A stretch of DNA of 64,000 nt from Thermoplasmatales archaeon (GCA_027310185.1 DAIDBH010000018.1:96001-160000); one strand, 5' to 3'. Counted from the first letter of the stretch, positions 10,123 through 21,034 are shown. A program made the numbers and translations. Notes: a model not told the origin generated them from the sequence alone.

Positions 10123-12231
10123 ATGGGTATTGTTTCAGAAGGGAAGCCTTATCCCCTCGGATCAATTCTTACAAATGATGGAGCAAATTTTGCAATTTAT
10201 TCTGAAGAGGCCGATTCAATCGAACTGGCACTTTTTAAGCCTTCTGACCTGAAGTCTCCCAATGAAACCATACAGATGAAGGAAGTTGATGCGCATGTCT
10301 GGCACTGTGAAGTTTCCGGTATCAAGGAAGGACAGCTGTATGGTTACTACGTTGATGGTCCGTTCGATCCCACTCAGGGTCTCAGATTCAACAAGAACAA
10401 GCTGCTGATAGATCCTTATTCCAAGTCGCTGAACTCCAGAATAAACTGGGATGATAGCATATTCCCATATGACATCATGTATGGATCAACTGTTAACAAT
10501 GAGGATGACACGGAATTCATGCCAAAGTCAAGGGTTGTCAATGATTTGTACGACTGGCAGGATGTAAGAAAGCCGGAGAGGAGATGGAATGACACAATAA
10601 TTTATGAAACACATGTAAAAAGTATCACGCAGATGAGGGAAGATTTGGATAAGAATATCAGGGGTACATATTCAGCACTTGGTTCCTCGAAGGTGGTCAA
10701 CTATCTTAAAGACCTTGGAATAACTGCAGTTGAACTTATGCCGGTACATCAGCATGTGGATGACAAGATCCTGGTGGATAGGGGGCTGACAAACTACTGG
10801 GGTTACAATACCATAGCATACTTTGCTCCTGACCTGAGATATTCCGCGACCCAGGACAATCAGATAAAGGAATTCAAGGACATGGTCTTCAATCTCCACT
10901 CAAATGGCATAGAAGTAATACTCGATGTAGTTTACAATCACACAGCTGAGGGAAACCATATGGGTCCGCTGCTTTCATTCAGGGGAATTGATAACAGGAC
11001 ATACTATTTTCTTGATCCATCGAACCCATCTAACTACGTTGATTTTACCGGAACCGGAAATAGCCTGAACGTAAGCAATCCCCAGGTTCTGCAGATGATC
11101 ATGGATAGTTTGAGATACTGGGCAATAGAGATGCAGATCGATGGGTTCAGGTTTGATCTTGCCTCAACGCTTGCAAGGAACCTTTACAGCATAAACATGC
11201 TTTCCCCGTTCATGAACGTTATCCATCAGGACCCGGTTCTTTCAAGGCTGAAGCTAATCGCTGAGCCGTGGGATATAGGACCGGGTGGATATCAGGTGGG
11301 AAATTTTCCTCCAAAGTGGAGTGAATGGAATGGGAAATACAGGGATTCCTTAAGAAAGTACTGGAGGGGAGATGATGGAATGACAGGGGAATTTGCTACA
11401 AGAATTTCAGGCTCCCCTGACCTTTATGATGATGGAGGAAAGAGGCCACATTCCAGCATAAATTTTGTAACCTGCCACGATGGTTTCACTCTCATGGACC
11501 TGGTTTCATACAAAACCAAGCATAATGAGGCCAACACAGAAGGATTTGAAGGTGGAGTCGATGAAAATTACAGCTTCAATAACGGTGTAGAGGGAAAAAC
11601 TGATGATAAGAAAATTCTGGGACTGAGGTACAGGAGCATCAAGAATCTCCTGCTCTCGCTTTTTGTGTCACAGGGTACTCCAATGATCCTTGGTGGAGAT
11701 GAAATAGGAAGAACACAGCAGGGAAACAATAACGCATATTGTCAGGATAATGAAATCAGCTGGTACGACTGGAATCTTGATGAGGACAAGCAGAATCTTT
11801 ACAAGTTCGTTAAGAAGGCAATAGCTTTAAGGCGTTCTAACCCGGTTCTTGCCAGGAAGAACTTTTTCAGGGGTGATCTCGTAGCTGGAACAGAAATGAA
11901 GGATGTTGTGTGGCTGGATAAAAATCTCGAGGAACTTAAAATGGAAGACTGGACAAATCCATCCATGAAGCATCTTATGGCATGGATAAACGGTGGGTAT
12001 ACAAGTGAGGTCGAATATTCATACAGGAAGATCACAGGTGGTGATCTTTTGCTACTGTTCAATTCATCTGATATTGATATCATGTTCAAGCTTCCAAACG
12101 ACACCAAGAAATGGGAACTCTACCTGGATACGAATGTTCTAAACATGGATACACTTCCAATCAGGCTGGATTCACCCCAATATCTTCTCAAGGCTAGGGG
12201 TTCAGCCATTTTACGGGAGATAATCAAGTAA
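10123..12231 (+). CDS. glgX: Glycogen debranching enzyme (GH13 isoamylase, GlgX/TreX)
   Basis: NYWGYNT, DVVYNH, DGFRFDLA, IAEPWD, NFVTCHDGFTL, GNNNAYCQD. Confidence 0.96.
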   Translation: MGIVSEGKPYPLGSILTNDGANFAIYSEEADSIELALFKPSDLKSPNETIQMKEVDAHVWHCEVSGIKEGQLYGYYVDGPFDPTQGLRFNKNKLLIDPYSKSLNSRINWDDSIFPYDIMYGSTVNNEDDTEFMPKSRVVNDLYDWQDVRKPERRWNDTIIYETHVKSITQMREDLDKNIRGTYSALGSSKVVNYLKDLGITAVELMPVHQHVDDKILVDRGLTNYWGYNTIAYFAPDLRYSATQDNQIKEFKDMVFNLHSNGIEVILDVVYNHTAEGNHMGPLLSFRGIDNRTYYFLDPSNPSNYVDFTGTGNSLNVSNPQVLQMIMDSLRYWAIEMQIDGFRFDLASTLARNLYSINMLSPFMNVIHQDPVLSRLKLIAEPWDIGPGGYQVGNFPPKWSEWNGKYRDSLRKYWRGDDGMTGEFATRISGSPDLYDDGGKRPHSSINFVTCHDGFTLMDLVSYKTKHNEANTEGFEGGVDENYSFNNGVEGKTDDKKILGLRYRSIKNLLLSLFVSQGTPMILGGDEIGRTQQGNNNAYCQDNEISWYDWNLDEDKQNLYKFVKKAIALRRSNPVLARKNFFRGDLVAGTEMKDVVWLDKNLEELKMEDWTNPSMKHLMAWINGGYTSEVEYSYRKITGGDLLLLFNSSDIDIMFKLPNDTKKWELYLDTNVLNMDTLPIRLDSPQYLLKARGSAILREIIK

Positions 12232-12238
12232 AACAGGG

Positions 12239-12634
12239 TCAGTTCATGACTCCATTATTCAGTCTATTAAGCAACGAGAAGAATGACTGGACTTTACCGT
12301 TATGTCTCTTCCTAGAGATAACTGAATAAAATTTATCACCTATTCCTGATATATGCAGCAGGAACATCATAGGTTCAAGAGGAAATAGAATCTTAACGGT
12401 CTTTGTAAGAGTAAAAATTGCGTCAAATCCTATCTCTGTCTTCCCGTTTCCTATTTTCATGACCAATCCATCTGAGCCGTCAAAGGGAGTGCCATTCAAT
12501 GGTATCTTCCTGAAATTATTTCCTCTAATCAGGGTTGAAGAGAATTTACAAAGCTCGCATCTATCATCATAAAAAATGTTTACTGTATCAGCTTCTGGCA
12601 ATACTGAGTTCTGTCCTTTTTCATATACTTTCAT
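12239..12634 (-). CDS. DCC1-like (DUF393) thiol-disulfide oxidoreductase family protein
   Basis: IFYDDRCELC (DxxCxxC), GFDA and a C-terminal Y..IS..R pattern. Confidence 0.75.
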   Translation of the reverse strand: MKVYEKGQNSVLPEADTVNIFYDDRCELCKFSSTLIRGNNFRKIPLNGTPFDGSDGLVMKIGNGKTEIGFDAIFTLTKTVKILFPLEPMMFLLHISGIGDKFYSVISRKRHNGKVQSFFSLLNRLNNGVMN

Positions 12635-12640
12635 TCACAT

Positions 12641-12811
12641 CTACTTCATTTCCCTTGGCTTGGGAATGGTATAATCACCCTTATCGCCACTGTAATAGTT
12701 GAAATTTGCACCACATCTGGGACAGTTATACCTTGTTACCATGTATGAGTTGAAAGTCCATTGCTTATTTTCCCTTATTCCCTCTGTATTTCCACATACC
12801 GGGCATTTCAT
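12641..12811 (-). CDS. Small CPxCG-type zinc-finger protein, 56 aa (not in ORF track)
   Basis: Manual translation gives MKCPVCGNTEGIRENKQWTFNSYMVTRYNCPRCGANFNYYSGDKGDYTIPKPREMK*, with two CPxCG knuckles; ends 6 nt before the DCC1 start. Confidence 0.85.
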   Translation of the reverse strand: MKCPVCGNTEGIRENKQWTFNSYMVTRYNCPRCGANFNYYSGDKGDYTIPKPREMK

Positions 12812-12974
12812 GAATTAACATGTAATACTTCCTTAAAGTTTTTGCCAGAATTTGGAGAAAACAGAATTTTAGAAATTGCATAAAATTCCATGACAATATA
12901 CTTTTAGGATAGATCTATCCACCGGGCGGTAAAATTTAAAATTGCAGTCTTCCATTACACATCTGGTAAGCGTA

Positions 12975-13400
12975 TTGGAAAACTGTGTATTTTGCAGCAA
13001 TGTTGTAACAGGGAAGGATGCCCACATATTTTACAGGACCGATACAGTCATAGGATTCATGGATAAATTCCCTGTGGAGGAAGGACATGTACTCATCATA
13101 CCTAGCAAACATTATGAAAACATATTCGACATCGAAAATGAGGTATATCTGGAAATCCAGAAAGCTGCTAAACAGGTAGCTTCAGCACTGAGGGATGTAT
13201 TCAATGCAGACGGAATAAACATTGGGCAGAACAATGGGGAGTGTGCTAGACAGATGGTGATGCACTACCATCTTCACATAATTCCTAGGCACTGTGGAAG
13301 GGAAATTGGATGGAACAGATTGAAACAGTCAGAGGAAGAGCTGGAATATGATTGCAGAAGAATAGAAAAGAGATTAAATGAGATTAATAATATAGATTAA
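12975..13400 (+). CDS. HIT family nucleotide hydrolase
   Basis: CVFC, GHVLIIP, NNG..A.Q and the HYHLH triad; TTG start inferred. Confidence 0.92.
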   Translation: MENCVFCSNVVTGKDAHIFYRTDTVIGFMDKFPVEEGHVLIIPSKHYENIFDIENEVYLEIQKAAKQVASALRDVFNADGINIGQNNGECARQMVMHYHLHIIPRHCGREIGWNRLKQSEEELEYDCRRIEKRLNEINNID

Positions 13401-13425
13401 CATAATAGGATGGGAGGAAATTAAA

Positions 13426-14022
13426 ATGTACAGCTTGGATGAATTATACAACAAGGCGCTCCAATTAAAGAATAAAGGAATGTCAGATAAAGAGATTTCC
13501 ACGGAATTACATCTCTCAGTGAATACTGTCACATGGCTGCTTGCCAGAGACTTCACAAAGCAGAAGAATGTTCAGGATGTGAAGATTGGATGGAGAAGTG
13601 TTGGTGTCTATGGGAACAGGATTGCCAATCTCTCACAGATTATGCTGGATATAATCGAGGAGGAATCCAGTGATGGAGATTACGAGCCTGATTCCATACT
13701 GGGCATAACAGTCAACGGAATACCCTATGCAACCATGATTTCCTATTTCATGGACAGGGAACTGATCATATACAAACCACACCCTTCCAGAAAGGACGGC
13801 TATTTCAGCAGTAACTTTGCATCCGTCAAGGGTAAGAAAATAGTTGTAATTGATGATGTGTGCAGTACTGGGGAAACACTCAGGAGAACAATAAAGGACA
13901 TTAGAGAGGAAGGCGGAGAAGTGAAACTTGCCATAGTCATCGCATCTAAAATGCAGGAAGATGAAATTGATGGCGTAAGACTGAGGTCATTATTCAGGGC
14001 ATCCCTGATCGGAAAAGAATGA
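13426..14022 (+). CDS. gfcR: Orotate phosphoribosyltransferase-like protein with N-terminal HTH (GfcR-type regulator)
   Basis: N-terminal HTH ([17 protein letters not shown]), [17 protein letters not shown] loop [10 protein letters not shown]. Confidence 0.82.
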   Translation: MYSLDELYNKALQLKNKGMSDKEISTELHLSVNTVTWLLARDFTKQKNVQDVKIGWRSVGVYGNRIANLSQIMLDIIEEESSDGDYEPDSILGITVNGIPYATMISYFMDRELIIYKPHPSRKDGYFSSNFASVKGKKIVVIDDVCSTGETLRRTIKDIREEGGEVKLAIVIASKMQEDEIDGVRLRSLFRASLIGKE

Positions 14023-14027
14023 TTTAA

Positions 14028-15530
14028 ATGTACTGGGGACAATCATTAATACACGAATTGAAAGGAAAGCAGAAAGTTTCTACCGGGATATCTCCATCCG
14101 GTCCAATTCATCTGGGAAATCTCAGGGAAATCCTGACAGGGGACATAATATACAAGAGCCTGCTGATGGATGGAAAGGAATCTGAATTCATATATCTTGC
14201 GGATGATATCGATCCTCTGAGAAAAGTATACCCGTTCCTGCCCGAATCATACAGGGAACATGTTGGAAAACCCCTTAGGGATATACCTGCTCCAAGCGGA
14301 GAGGGTACTTATTCAGAATATTACCTCAACCCATTCCTGAAAGCTCTGAAGTCTCTGGATGTCAGGCCTCAGGTCATAAAAACAGGAGAACTTTACAGGG
14401 ATGGGAAATTTGGAGAAACCATAGAAAGGGTAATAGAGAAGAAGGATGAGATAAGGAAAATACTGGAGACTGTATCTGGAAGGGAGCTCGAAGAGGGGTG
14501 GTTCCCGTACAATCCAAAGTGTTCAGCTTGCGGAAGGATCAATTCAACTACTGTGACAGGCTACAGCAACGGTAAAGTCTCATATAGCTGCAAATGTGGA
14601 AACAATGGTGAAAGTGATATATATCGCGACGATGGCAAGCTTCCATGGAGGATTGAATGGCCAGCCAAGTGGAAAATTCTCAATGTGACCATAGAACCCT
14701 TCGGTAAGGATCATGGAACAGTGGGCGGATCCTATGATACAGGAAAGGAAATCGTTGAAAAGATTTTTGACTACCCTGCGCCACTGCCGCTCATTTATGA
14801 AAGAATACTTCTCAAGGGAAAGGGAGCAATGCATTCATCCACAGGAGTTAATATACCTGCCCAGGAAATACTAAGTTTTGCACCACCAGAGATAGTGAGG
14901 TATATAATGGCAAGAGTTCCGGCAACCAGGCATATAGAGTTTGATCCATCACTCGGATTCCTTTCAACAATGGATGAATTCGAGCGCCTTATGAAAATGG
15001 AGCAGGAGAAAAAGACAACTGAGGAACAGCACTGGATCGCAACACTATCAAAGGCAGGGCGATCCTATGAAACGGTTCCTGATTACAGGCACCTGACAAC
15101 ACTGGTGCAGATATACAGCTCAGAGGAGAGAATAAGGGAGATAATGATATCGGAGGGAAAGGAACAGGATCCTGCTATACTGAAGGAAACAATAGACATG
15201 GCAAGAATCTGGGTCCATAATTATGCTCCTGAATCATCAAAATTCTCCCTGAAGAACACAGAAGACCCGGTAAACATCACCGAAGATGAAAGAAGAATGC
15301 TCTGCGTATTCAACACTAAGCTTCGTTCTATGGATTCATGGGAGCCAGAAAAGATCCACGAATGTGCTAGAGAATCCATCGGAGAATCAGGCATGCAGCC
15401 AGCAGATGGCTTCAAGGTTATTTACAGGGTGCTTATAGGCAATGAACGGGGACCGAGACTTGGGTTCTTTCTATCGGTGATACCGAGAGAAACAGTACTC
15501 GCAAGGTTCAAATCAATTTGTGGTGAATGA
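14028..15530 (+). CDS. lysS: Lysine--tRNA ligase, class I
   Basis: GISPSGPIHLGN, KLPWRIEWP, EPFGKDH, AMHSS (KMSKS equivalent), GPRLG. Confidence 0.96.
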   Translation: MYWGQSLIHELKGKQKVSTGISPSGPIHLGNLREILTGDIIYKSLLMDGKESEFIYLADDIDPLRKVYPFLPESYREHVGKPLRDIPAPSGEGTYSEYYLNPFLKALKSLDVRPQVIKTGELYRDGKFGETIERVIEKKDEIRKILETVSGRELEEGWFPYNPKCSACGRINSTTVTGYSNGKVSYSCKCGNNGESDIYRDDGKLPWRIEWPAKWKILNVTIEPFGKDHGTVGGSYDTGKEIVEKIFDYPAPLPLIYERILLKGKGAMHSSTGVNIPAQEILSFAPPEIVRYIMARVPATRHIEFDPSLGFLSTMDEFERLMKMEQEKKTTEEQHWIATLSKAGRSYETVPDYRHLTTLVQIYSSEERIREIMISEGKEQDPAILKETIDMARIWVHNYAPESSKFSLKNTEDPVNITEDERRMLCVFNTKLRSMDSWEPEKIHECARESIGESGMQPADGFKVIYRVLIGNERGPRLGFFLSVIPRETVLARFKSICGE

Positions 15531-15531
15531 T

Positions 15532-17643
15532 ATGACAGGAAAAATTGTGATCAACTGCGCCTTACCATATGCTAACAGTTCCATTCACATAGGCCATCTT
15601 GCAGGGGCATACCTGCCGGGAGATATATTTCACAGATTCATCAAGATATCTGGAAAGGACAGCATCTTCATCTGCGGTACTGATGAATATGGAACTCCCA
15701 TAGCACTCAAGGCGGAGAAAGAGAAAAAGACCCCAGAAGAGATAGTCAACAAATATTACAGCGAGTTCAAGGAAACATTCAGTAATGTAGATATAAAATT
15801 CGATTATTTCGGAAGGACAACGAGCAAGACTCATGAAACGTTCGTACAGGACTTCTTCGAAGACCTGGAAAAGAAAGGATATCTGGAAAGGAGGATGATG
15901 GAATCTGCATACTGTCCAAGGGAGAAGAGGTTCCTCCCAGACAGGTATGTCAACGGAAAATGCCCAAGGTGCGGTTATGAGTTTGCCAGAGGTGATCAAT
16001 GTGATGAATGCGGCAGGACAAATGATCCCAAGGATCTCATAAATCCTACATGCGCCATTTGTGGTGGGCCAGCTGAATTCAGGGAAACAGCACACATATT
16101 CTTCAAGATATCAGAGTTTTCAGATTTTCTCAGGGAATGGCTGGAATCCAAGAAGGAGTGGAGGTCAAATGTAACATCGTTCCCACTAAATATCATTGAA
16201 AGCGGCCTCAGGGACAGAGCCATAACCAGGGATATGGAATGGGGTGTAAAGCTCAAGGAAAAAGATATGGAAGGAAAGAGGATTTATGTCTGGTTTGAGG
16301 CGTTGCTGGGATATATTTCCAATGCCATGGAATATTCCGAACTTACTGGAAATAATGAATTATGGAGGGAATATTACGATGATGGAGAAACATATTACTT
16401 CCTCGGAAAGGATAATATATTCTTCCATACCATATTCCTTCCAGCAATGCACAGGGCTTCGGGAAAATATCCGCTCCCATACAGGGTTACAGGTAACGAA
16501 TACCTGAGGTTCAAGGGACAGAAATTTTCAAAATCACGAGGCATTGGATTTACGGTAAATGATGTCCTGCAGATAGTGGACAAGGATTCTTTGAGATATT
16601 ACATATCATCTATCCTCCCGGAAACATCTGACTCTGACTTCTCACTTGAGGAAATGAAGGAAAAGGTAAATTCAGAACTGAGTGGTAAGTATGGAAACCT
16701 CGTAAACAGGGTGGTAACATTCGCCAGGAACAAAAATGTTCTTCCAATTAAGGGAGAGTCAGATCATTCAGATATTGAGCTAATAGTACAGATGGATAAA
16801 TTCAGGGAAGATTACAGTGAACTGATGGGAAAGATTGAATTCAGGAAGGCACTAAGTCTGTGGCTGGAAAACGTGAAGGTCGTGAACACATATTTCAATG
16901 ATTCAAAACCATGGGATCTGGTAAAAACAGATAAGAAGCTAACTGAATCAAAACTATGGCATACACTAAAAGCAGTTGAATATCTCACTCTTGCCATATA
17001 CCCCTTTGTCCCATCAGGAGCAGACAGGGCATGGTCTTCAATACACGGGACATCTATTGAAAACGTATCTCTGTCGCATCTCGCGGAGACATGTGAGTTC
17101 AAACCTTCTGAAAGCGCAATCATATTCAAGAAACTTGAGATTGAAGAAGAACCTGAAAACCAGCTCAATCTTGTTGTTGGCAGGATTGTATTTGCAGAAT
17201 TTCATCCAAATGCAGATTCACTGTTACATCTGAGGGTAAGCCTTGGAGATCACGAAATAGATCTTGTTGCAGGAATAAGAAATTATTATACACTTGAAGA
17301 ACTGAAAGATAAGAAGATAATAGTAGTGGAAAACCTGAAGCATGCTAAAATAAGGGGAATAGAATCACAGGGAATGCTACTGGCAGCTCAGGATTCAAAG
17401 GGTGCACATCTATTGACAACAGATGAACCTGAAGGAACATCAGTCAGGATTGGTGACATTGAATGTACCTCCGAAAAGAAAATTGATCTTGACATCCTGA
17501 AAACATATGAACTGAGGATGGACGATGTCAATGGGAAAATGGTCCCAACAGCCATGATCGGGCGAAACAGGCTGCATTTGATGGCTAACGGCAAGGATAT
17601 TCAGGTCGATGGAAAAGTGGAACAAAAATCCATTATTCGATAA
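15532..17643 (+). CDS. metG: Methionine--tRNA ligase with C-terminal tRNA-binding domain
   Basis: ALPYAN..HIGH, zinc knuckles, YVWFEA, KFSKS, C-terminal GIESQGMLLA. Confidence 0.97.
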   Translation: MTGKIVINCALPYANSSIHIGHLAGAYLPGDIFHRFIKISGKDSIFICGTDEYGTPIALKAEKEKKTPEEIVNKYYSEFKETFSNVDIKFDYFGRTTSKTHETFVQDFFEDLEKKGYLERRMMESAYCPREKRFLPDRYVNGKCPRCGYEFARGDQCDECGRTNDPKDLINPTCAICGGPAEFRETAHIFFKISEFSDFLREWLESKKEWRSNVTSFPLNIIESGLRDRAITRDMEWGVKLKEKDMEGKRIYVWFEALLGYISNAMEYSELTGNNELWREYYDDGETYYFLGKDNIFFHTIFLPAMHRASGKYPLPYRVTGNEYLRFKGQKFSKSRGIGFTVNDVLQIVDKDSLRYYISSILPETSDSDFSLEEMKEKVNSELSGKYGNLVNRVVTFARNKNVLPIKGESDHSDIELIVQMDKFREDYSELMGKIEFRKALSLWLENVKVVNTYFNDSKPWDLVKTDKKLTESKLWHTLKAVEYLTLAIYPFVPSGADRAWSSIHGTSIENVSLSHLAETCEFKPSESAIIFKKLEIEEEPENQLNLVVGRIVFAEFHPNADSLLHLRVSLGDHEIDLVAGIRNYYTLEELKDKKIIVVENLKHAKIRGIESQGMLLAAQDSKGAHLLTTDEPEGTSVRIGDIECTSEKKIDLDILKTYELRMDDVNGKMVPTAMIGRNRLHLMANGKDIQVDGKVEQKSIIR

Positions 17644-17648
17644 AAATA

Positions 17649-17813
17649 TTATTTTATTGTTATTGGTATAACATTGTTGTCATATTCCAGTATGGCTATG
17701 TCAACGGGATCAATCATGACCTTTGGGACGTCAATAATAACCGGGGCCCCCATTGATATCTGCAGGGATCTGGCACCTATAATTCTTGCTTTCTCAAATT
17801 TTGTGTGCTTCAT
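17649..17813 (-). CDS. rpoK: DNA-directed RNA polymerase subunit K (Rpo6), 54 aa (not in ORF track)
   Basis: Manual translation gives MKHTKFEKARIIGARSLQISMGAPVIIDVPKVMIDPVDIAILEYDNNVIPITIK*; TKFEKARIIGARxLQI is the Rpo6 signature. Confidence 0.96.
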   Translation of the reverse strand: MKHTKFEKARIIGARSLQISMGAPVIIDVPKVMIDPVDIAILEYDNNVIPITIK

Positions 17814-17951
17814 ATAAACCAGTGTGCCATCAGGTAATTTAAATCCATATAATAGCTTTTGTCTTAAATAGATATTGTTTCAAGATTTCTGCCTTAGATG
17901 GTCAACTCATTCAAATAATAAAAACTATTAAGAAATTTCTCATTCAATTTC

Positions 17952-18647
17952 ATGGAACTGATCCGTCCAGCAAATACTTCCGACAGGGAGAGAATTAAGG
18001 ATATTGCCTCAAAAGCAGGCTATATAGACTACATAAGTGATAACATCGATAAAATGCTTAACGAAGGAGGACTCTATGTATACGAGGATGGAAATGTAAA
18101 AGGTTTCCTGCAGGCTGGGTTCAGGAATATCTGCTGGATAAGTGCCATAAGGGTCGATCCGGAATACAGGCGACACGGTGTTGCAGAGAAGCTGGTCAGG
18201 AAAATAGAAGAAATGGGAAGGGAAAGAAATTGCAGGAGTTATGGAGCACTGGTTGCAGAAGATAATATACCTTCCAGAACAATGTTCAGGAAACTCGGTT
18301 ATGAGGAGATGAATTACTATACGACTTTTATGTGTGAACCCTTAAATATGGTACAGATCGGGAATTATAACCTGAAAGAGGGCAATTATTTTCTTGATTG
18401 GGAAATATTTGATAGAAATGAACTGGTAAAGGGTTTTCCAGATCTCAGGTTCATGAAAGATTCCAAAGGGAATGAATATATCGAAAACTCAGGTACTTAC
18501 CAGATGATAAAGTTGGTATCGAATCCAGATTATTCTGATGGCGGTAGTTTTTTGTCTATAGATAAGAAATTGTTGAATGATGACATTCTTAATGATATGA
18601 GGGATACCAGTTCATGGACTTTTATATATTACGTGAAAAATGTCTGA
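17952..18647 (+). CDS. GNAT family N-acetyltransferase
   Basis: IRPA at the N-terminus, RVDPEYRRHGVA acetyl-CoA motif, N.PS..MFRKLGY. Confidence 0.88.
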   Translation: MELIRPANTSDRERIKDIASKAGYIDYISDNIDKMLNEGGLYVYEDGNVKGFLQAGFRNICWISAIRVDPEYRRHGVAEKLVRKIEEMGRERNCRSYGALVAEDNIPSRTMFRKLGYEEMNYYTTFMCEPLNMVQIGNYNLKEGNYFLDWEIFDRNELVKGFPDLRFMKDSKGNEYIENSGTYQMIKLVSNPDYSDGGSFLSIDKKLLNDDILNDMRDTSSWTFIYYVKNV

Positions 18648-18876
18648 TTTTTCTTTAATACTGTTACTTCAAATAATAGTACGAATGAAATATTCACTCA
18701 GAAGCAATAAAAGATAGAAAAAATATAAAACTTATTTATAAACGAAGTTTGAGCGTATTTTGCAATGATTTATGCATCAGGTCGTGGTATTATATATATG
18801 TATCTCAGTTTAATTTCGACTTCTTGAATTGATAAGTAAGCATAAAACTTATAACCATGTTATAGCATGCCATTTA

Positions 18877-20823
18877 ATGGAAAACAATGAAGATGTAAAT
18901 CCAACTGTTGCTGGAGAAGACAAGAAACTTAAAAAAGAATTGAGTTTTGTCCAGCTACTCTTCCTTTCCATAGGAGGAATAATCGGTTCGGGATGGCTTT
19001 TTGGAGTAAACGCTGGAGCAGCCACAGCTGGTCCAGCTGTAACTCTTTCGTGGCTCATTGGAGGTGTGATGGTTATTTTTATCGCACTTACATACTCAGA
19101 GCTTGCTGCGATGATACCAAGGAGTGGGGCTATAGTAAGATATCCACACATGACTCATGGTAGTTATACGGGCTACATACTTGGATGGGCATACCTGCTT
19201 TCAGCAGTTACTGTTCCATCCATAGAGGCTGTAGCTGCAGTCACATATATATCAGGGCTTAAAGGCCTGGGATTCATGTCCTACTCGGGTACAACAGTAC
19301 TGGGTTCATTCACATCCCTTACAGTATATGGTGTTATGATAGCTGTTTTGCTTATGATAGGTTTCTTCTTCCTTAACTACTTCGGAATAAAATTCCTCGG
19401 AAGATGGAACGAATACTTTGTTTACTGGAAACTGATTATTCCAACAATAACGTTCATCCTGCTGTTCTTTATGTTTCGTGCAAGCAACTTCACTGCCCTT
19501 CCAGGGGGATTCAATGCAATCGGTACACCATTCATATTCACTGCCATACCCGGAGCAGGTATAGTCTTCTCATATCTGGGATTCAGGCAGGCTCTGGATT
19601 ATGGTGGTGAAGCCAAGAATCCTCAGAGAGATATACCCAGGGCATTGATACTGTCAGTAGTCATAGGAATAATAGTATACGAAATCCTTCAGTTAGTCTA
19701 TATAGGAGCAATCAGGGTATCTGTCGCCGATCTAACAACCTTCTCATGGTCAGGCCTAACCGTTTCATCCTACGCTTCCTCACCTTTCTATCACGTATTC
19801 GAGACAGCTGGCATTGCGGGATTTGGTGCGTGGGGCTCAGTATTGCTCGCAGATGCAGTTATATCGCCATCAGGAACTGGATGGATATACCTTGGAACGT
19901 CAACAAGAACCATCTACGGGTTAGCCACGGACAAGTACTTCCCTCCAAGTGTCATGAAAGTAAGAAAGAAGAGTGGAGTTCCCATGATACCATTGATACT
20001 CTCCACAATCATTGGAATAATATTCATAGCTCCTTTCCCCTCATGGTACATTCTGGTAGGGTTCATATCAAGTGCAACTGTCTTCACATATATAATGGGT
20101 GGAGTCAGCCTTAGAGTCCTTAGGAACACAGCTAAAAACGTGGAAAGACCATACAAGCTTCCTTACAGCAGGGTTCTTTCAATCATTGCATTCATAAGTG
20201 CAACGCTGATAGTATACTGGTCAGGATACATCACACTGTCCATATTGATGATGCTGATCCTTGGAGGGATTCCAGTGTACCTGATATACTATGGAACCTA
20301 TAAGCTTGGGATTTCATTGGGGAAGACCATAACAAGTGGACTCATCTTCTGGATAATAATTGGAATTTCGTTCTATCTGCTATATTATGATATAATAATA
20401 CCGGCAGTAGCAAACATAACTGCATCGACACCACTCGCTGCCCCGGATTCAGTCTTCTATTACTTTATAGCTGTATACATAATGATAGTGGTATCAACAA
20501 TTGTTCTGACATTTCTCATCCATCACTGGGCTAAGGATGAAAATAAGAAGGAGATCAAATCAGGCTGGTGGCTCATCTACTTTGTACTGTTCATCTTCGG
20601 TTTCTCATATCTGGGTGCATTCGGTCCATATGTCTCACCAATTGCAGTAGCAGGCCAGTCATTCCCATACGTTCCACTGCTTTTATTCCCCTACGACACA
20701 TTCATCGTAATAGTAGTAGCAATAGCCTTCTTCTTCTTCGCAGTGAGATCAGGTTACTCTGAAGATGATGTACAGTCAATACTTGCAGACCAGGGGGTTC
20801 CTCTCAGCACACTGGAAGACTGA
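18877..20823 (+). CDS. APC-family amino acid permease
   Basis: GGIIGSGWLFG, PRSGAIVRYP, FSYLGFRQ, EAKNPQRDIP; many transmembrane helices. Confidence 0.92.
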   Translation: MENNEDVNPTVAGEDKKLKKELSFVQLLFLSIGGIIGSGWLFGVNAGAATAGPAVTLSWLIGGVMVIFIALTYSELAAMIPRSGAIVRYPHMTHGSYTGYILGWAYLLSAVTVPSIEAVAAVTYISGLKGLGFMSYSGTTVLGSFTSLTVYGVMIAVLLMIGFFFLNYFGIKFLGRWNEYFVYWKLIIPTITFILLFFMFRASNFTALPGGFNAIGTPFIFTAIPGAGIVFSYLGFRQALDYGGEAKNPQRDIPRALILSVVIGIIVYEILQLVYIGAIRVSVADLTTFSWSGLTVSSYASSPFYHVFETAGIAGFGAWGSVLLADAVISPSGTGWIYLGTSTRTIYGLATDKYFPPSVMKVRKKSGVPMIPLILSTIIGIIFIAPFPSWYILVGFISSATVFTYIMGGVSLRVLRNTAKNVERPYKLPYSRVLSIIAFISATLIVYWSGYITLSILMMLILGGIPVYLIYYGTYKLGISLGKTITSGLIFWIIIGISFYLLYYDIIIPAVANITASTPLAAPDSVFYYFIAVYIMIVVSTIVLTFLIHHWAKDENKKEIKSGWWLIYFVLFIFGFSYLGAFGPYVSPIAVAGQSFPYVPLLLFPYDTFIVIVVAIAFFFFAVRSGYSEDDVQSILADQGVPLSTLED

Positions 20824-20832
20824 AAGGAACAA

Positions 20833-20862
20833 TTTTTTTTACCAATAAATAACCATTTTTTT
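20833..20862 (+). terminator. Oligo-T archaeal terminator after the permease gene
   Basis: T8 run at 20833-20840 and a further T run shortly after the stop codon. Confidence 0.5.
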
Positions 20863-21034
20863 ACATTTTTCAAAATCGTTATATACTTCGTTACTATACA
20901 CAGAATTACGCACAAGCCTGAAAATAAAACCAATATAGGCGTATATGGTGAAAGAGAAAAATCTCAATATGATCCATTGATTCATAATTGGTTAAAGATG
21001 AAGTTGTGAATTGCTATCACAACCGAGATGAGAT

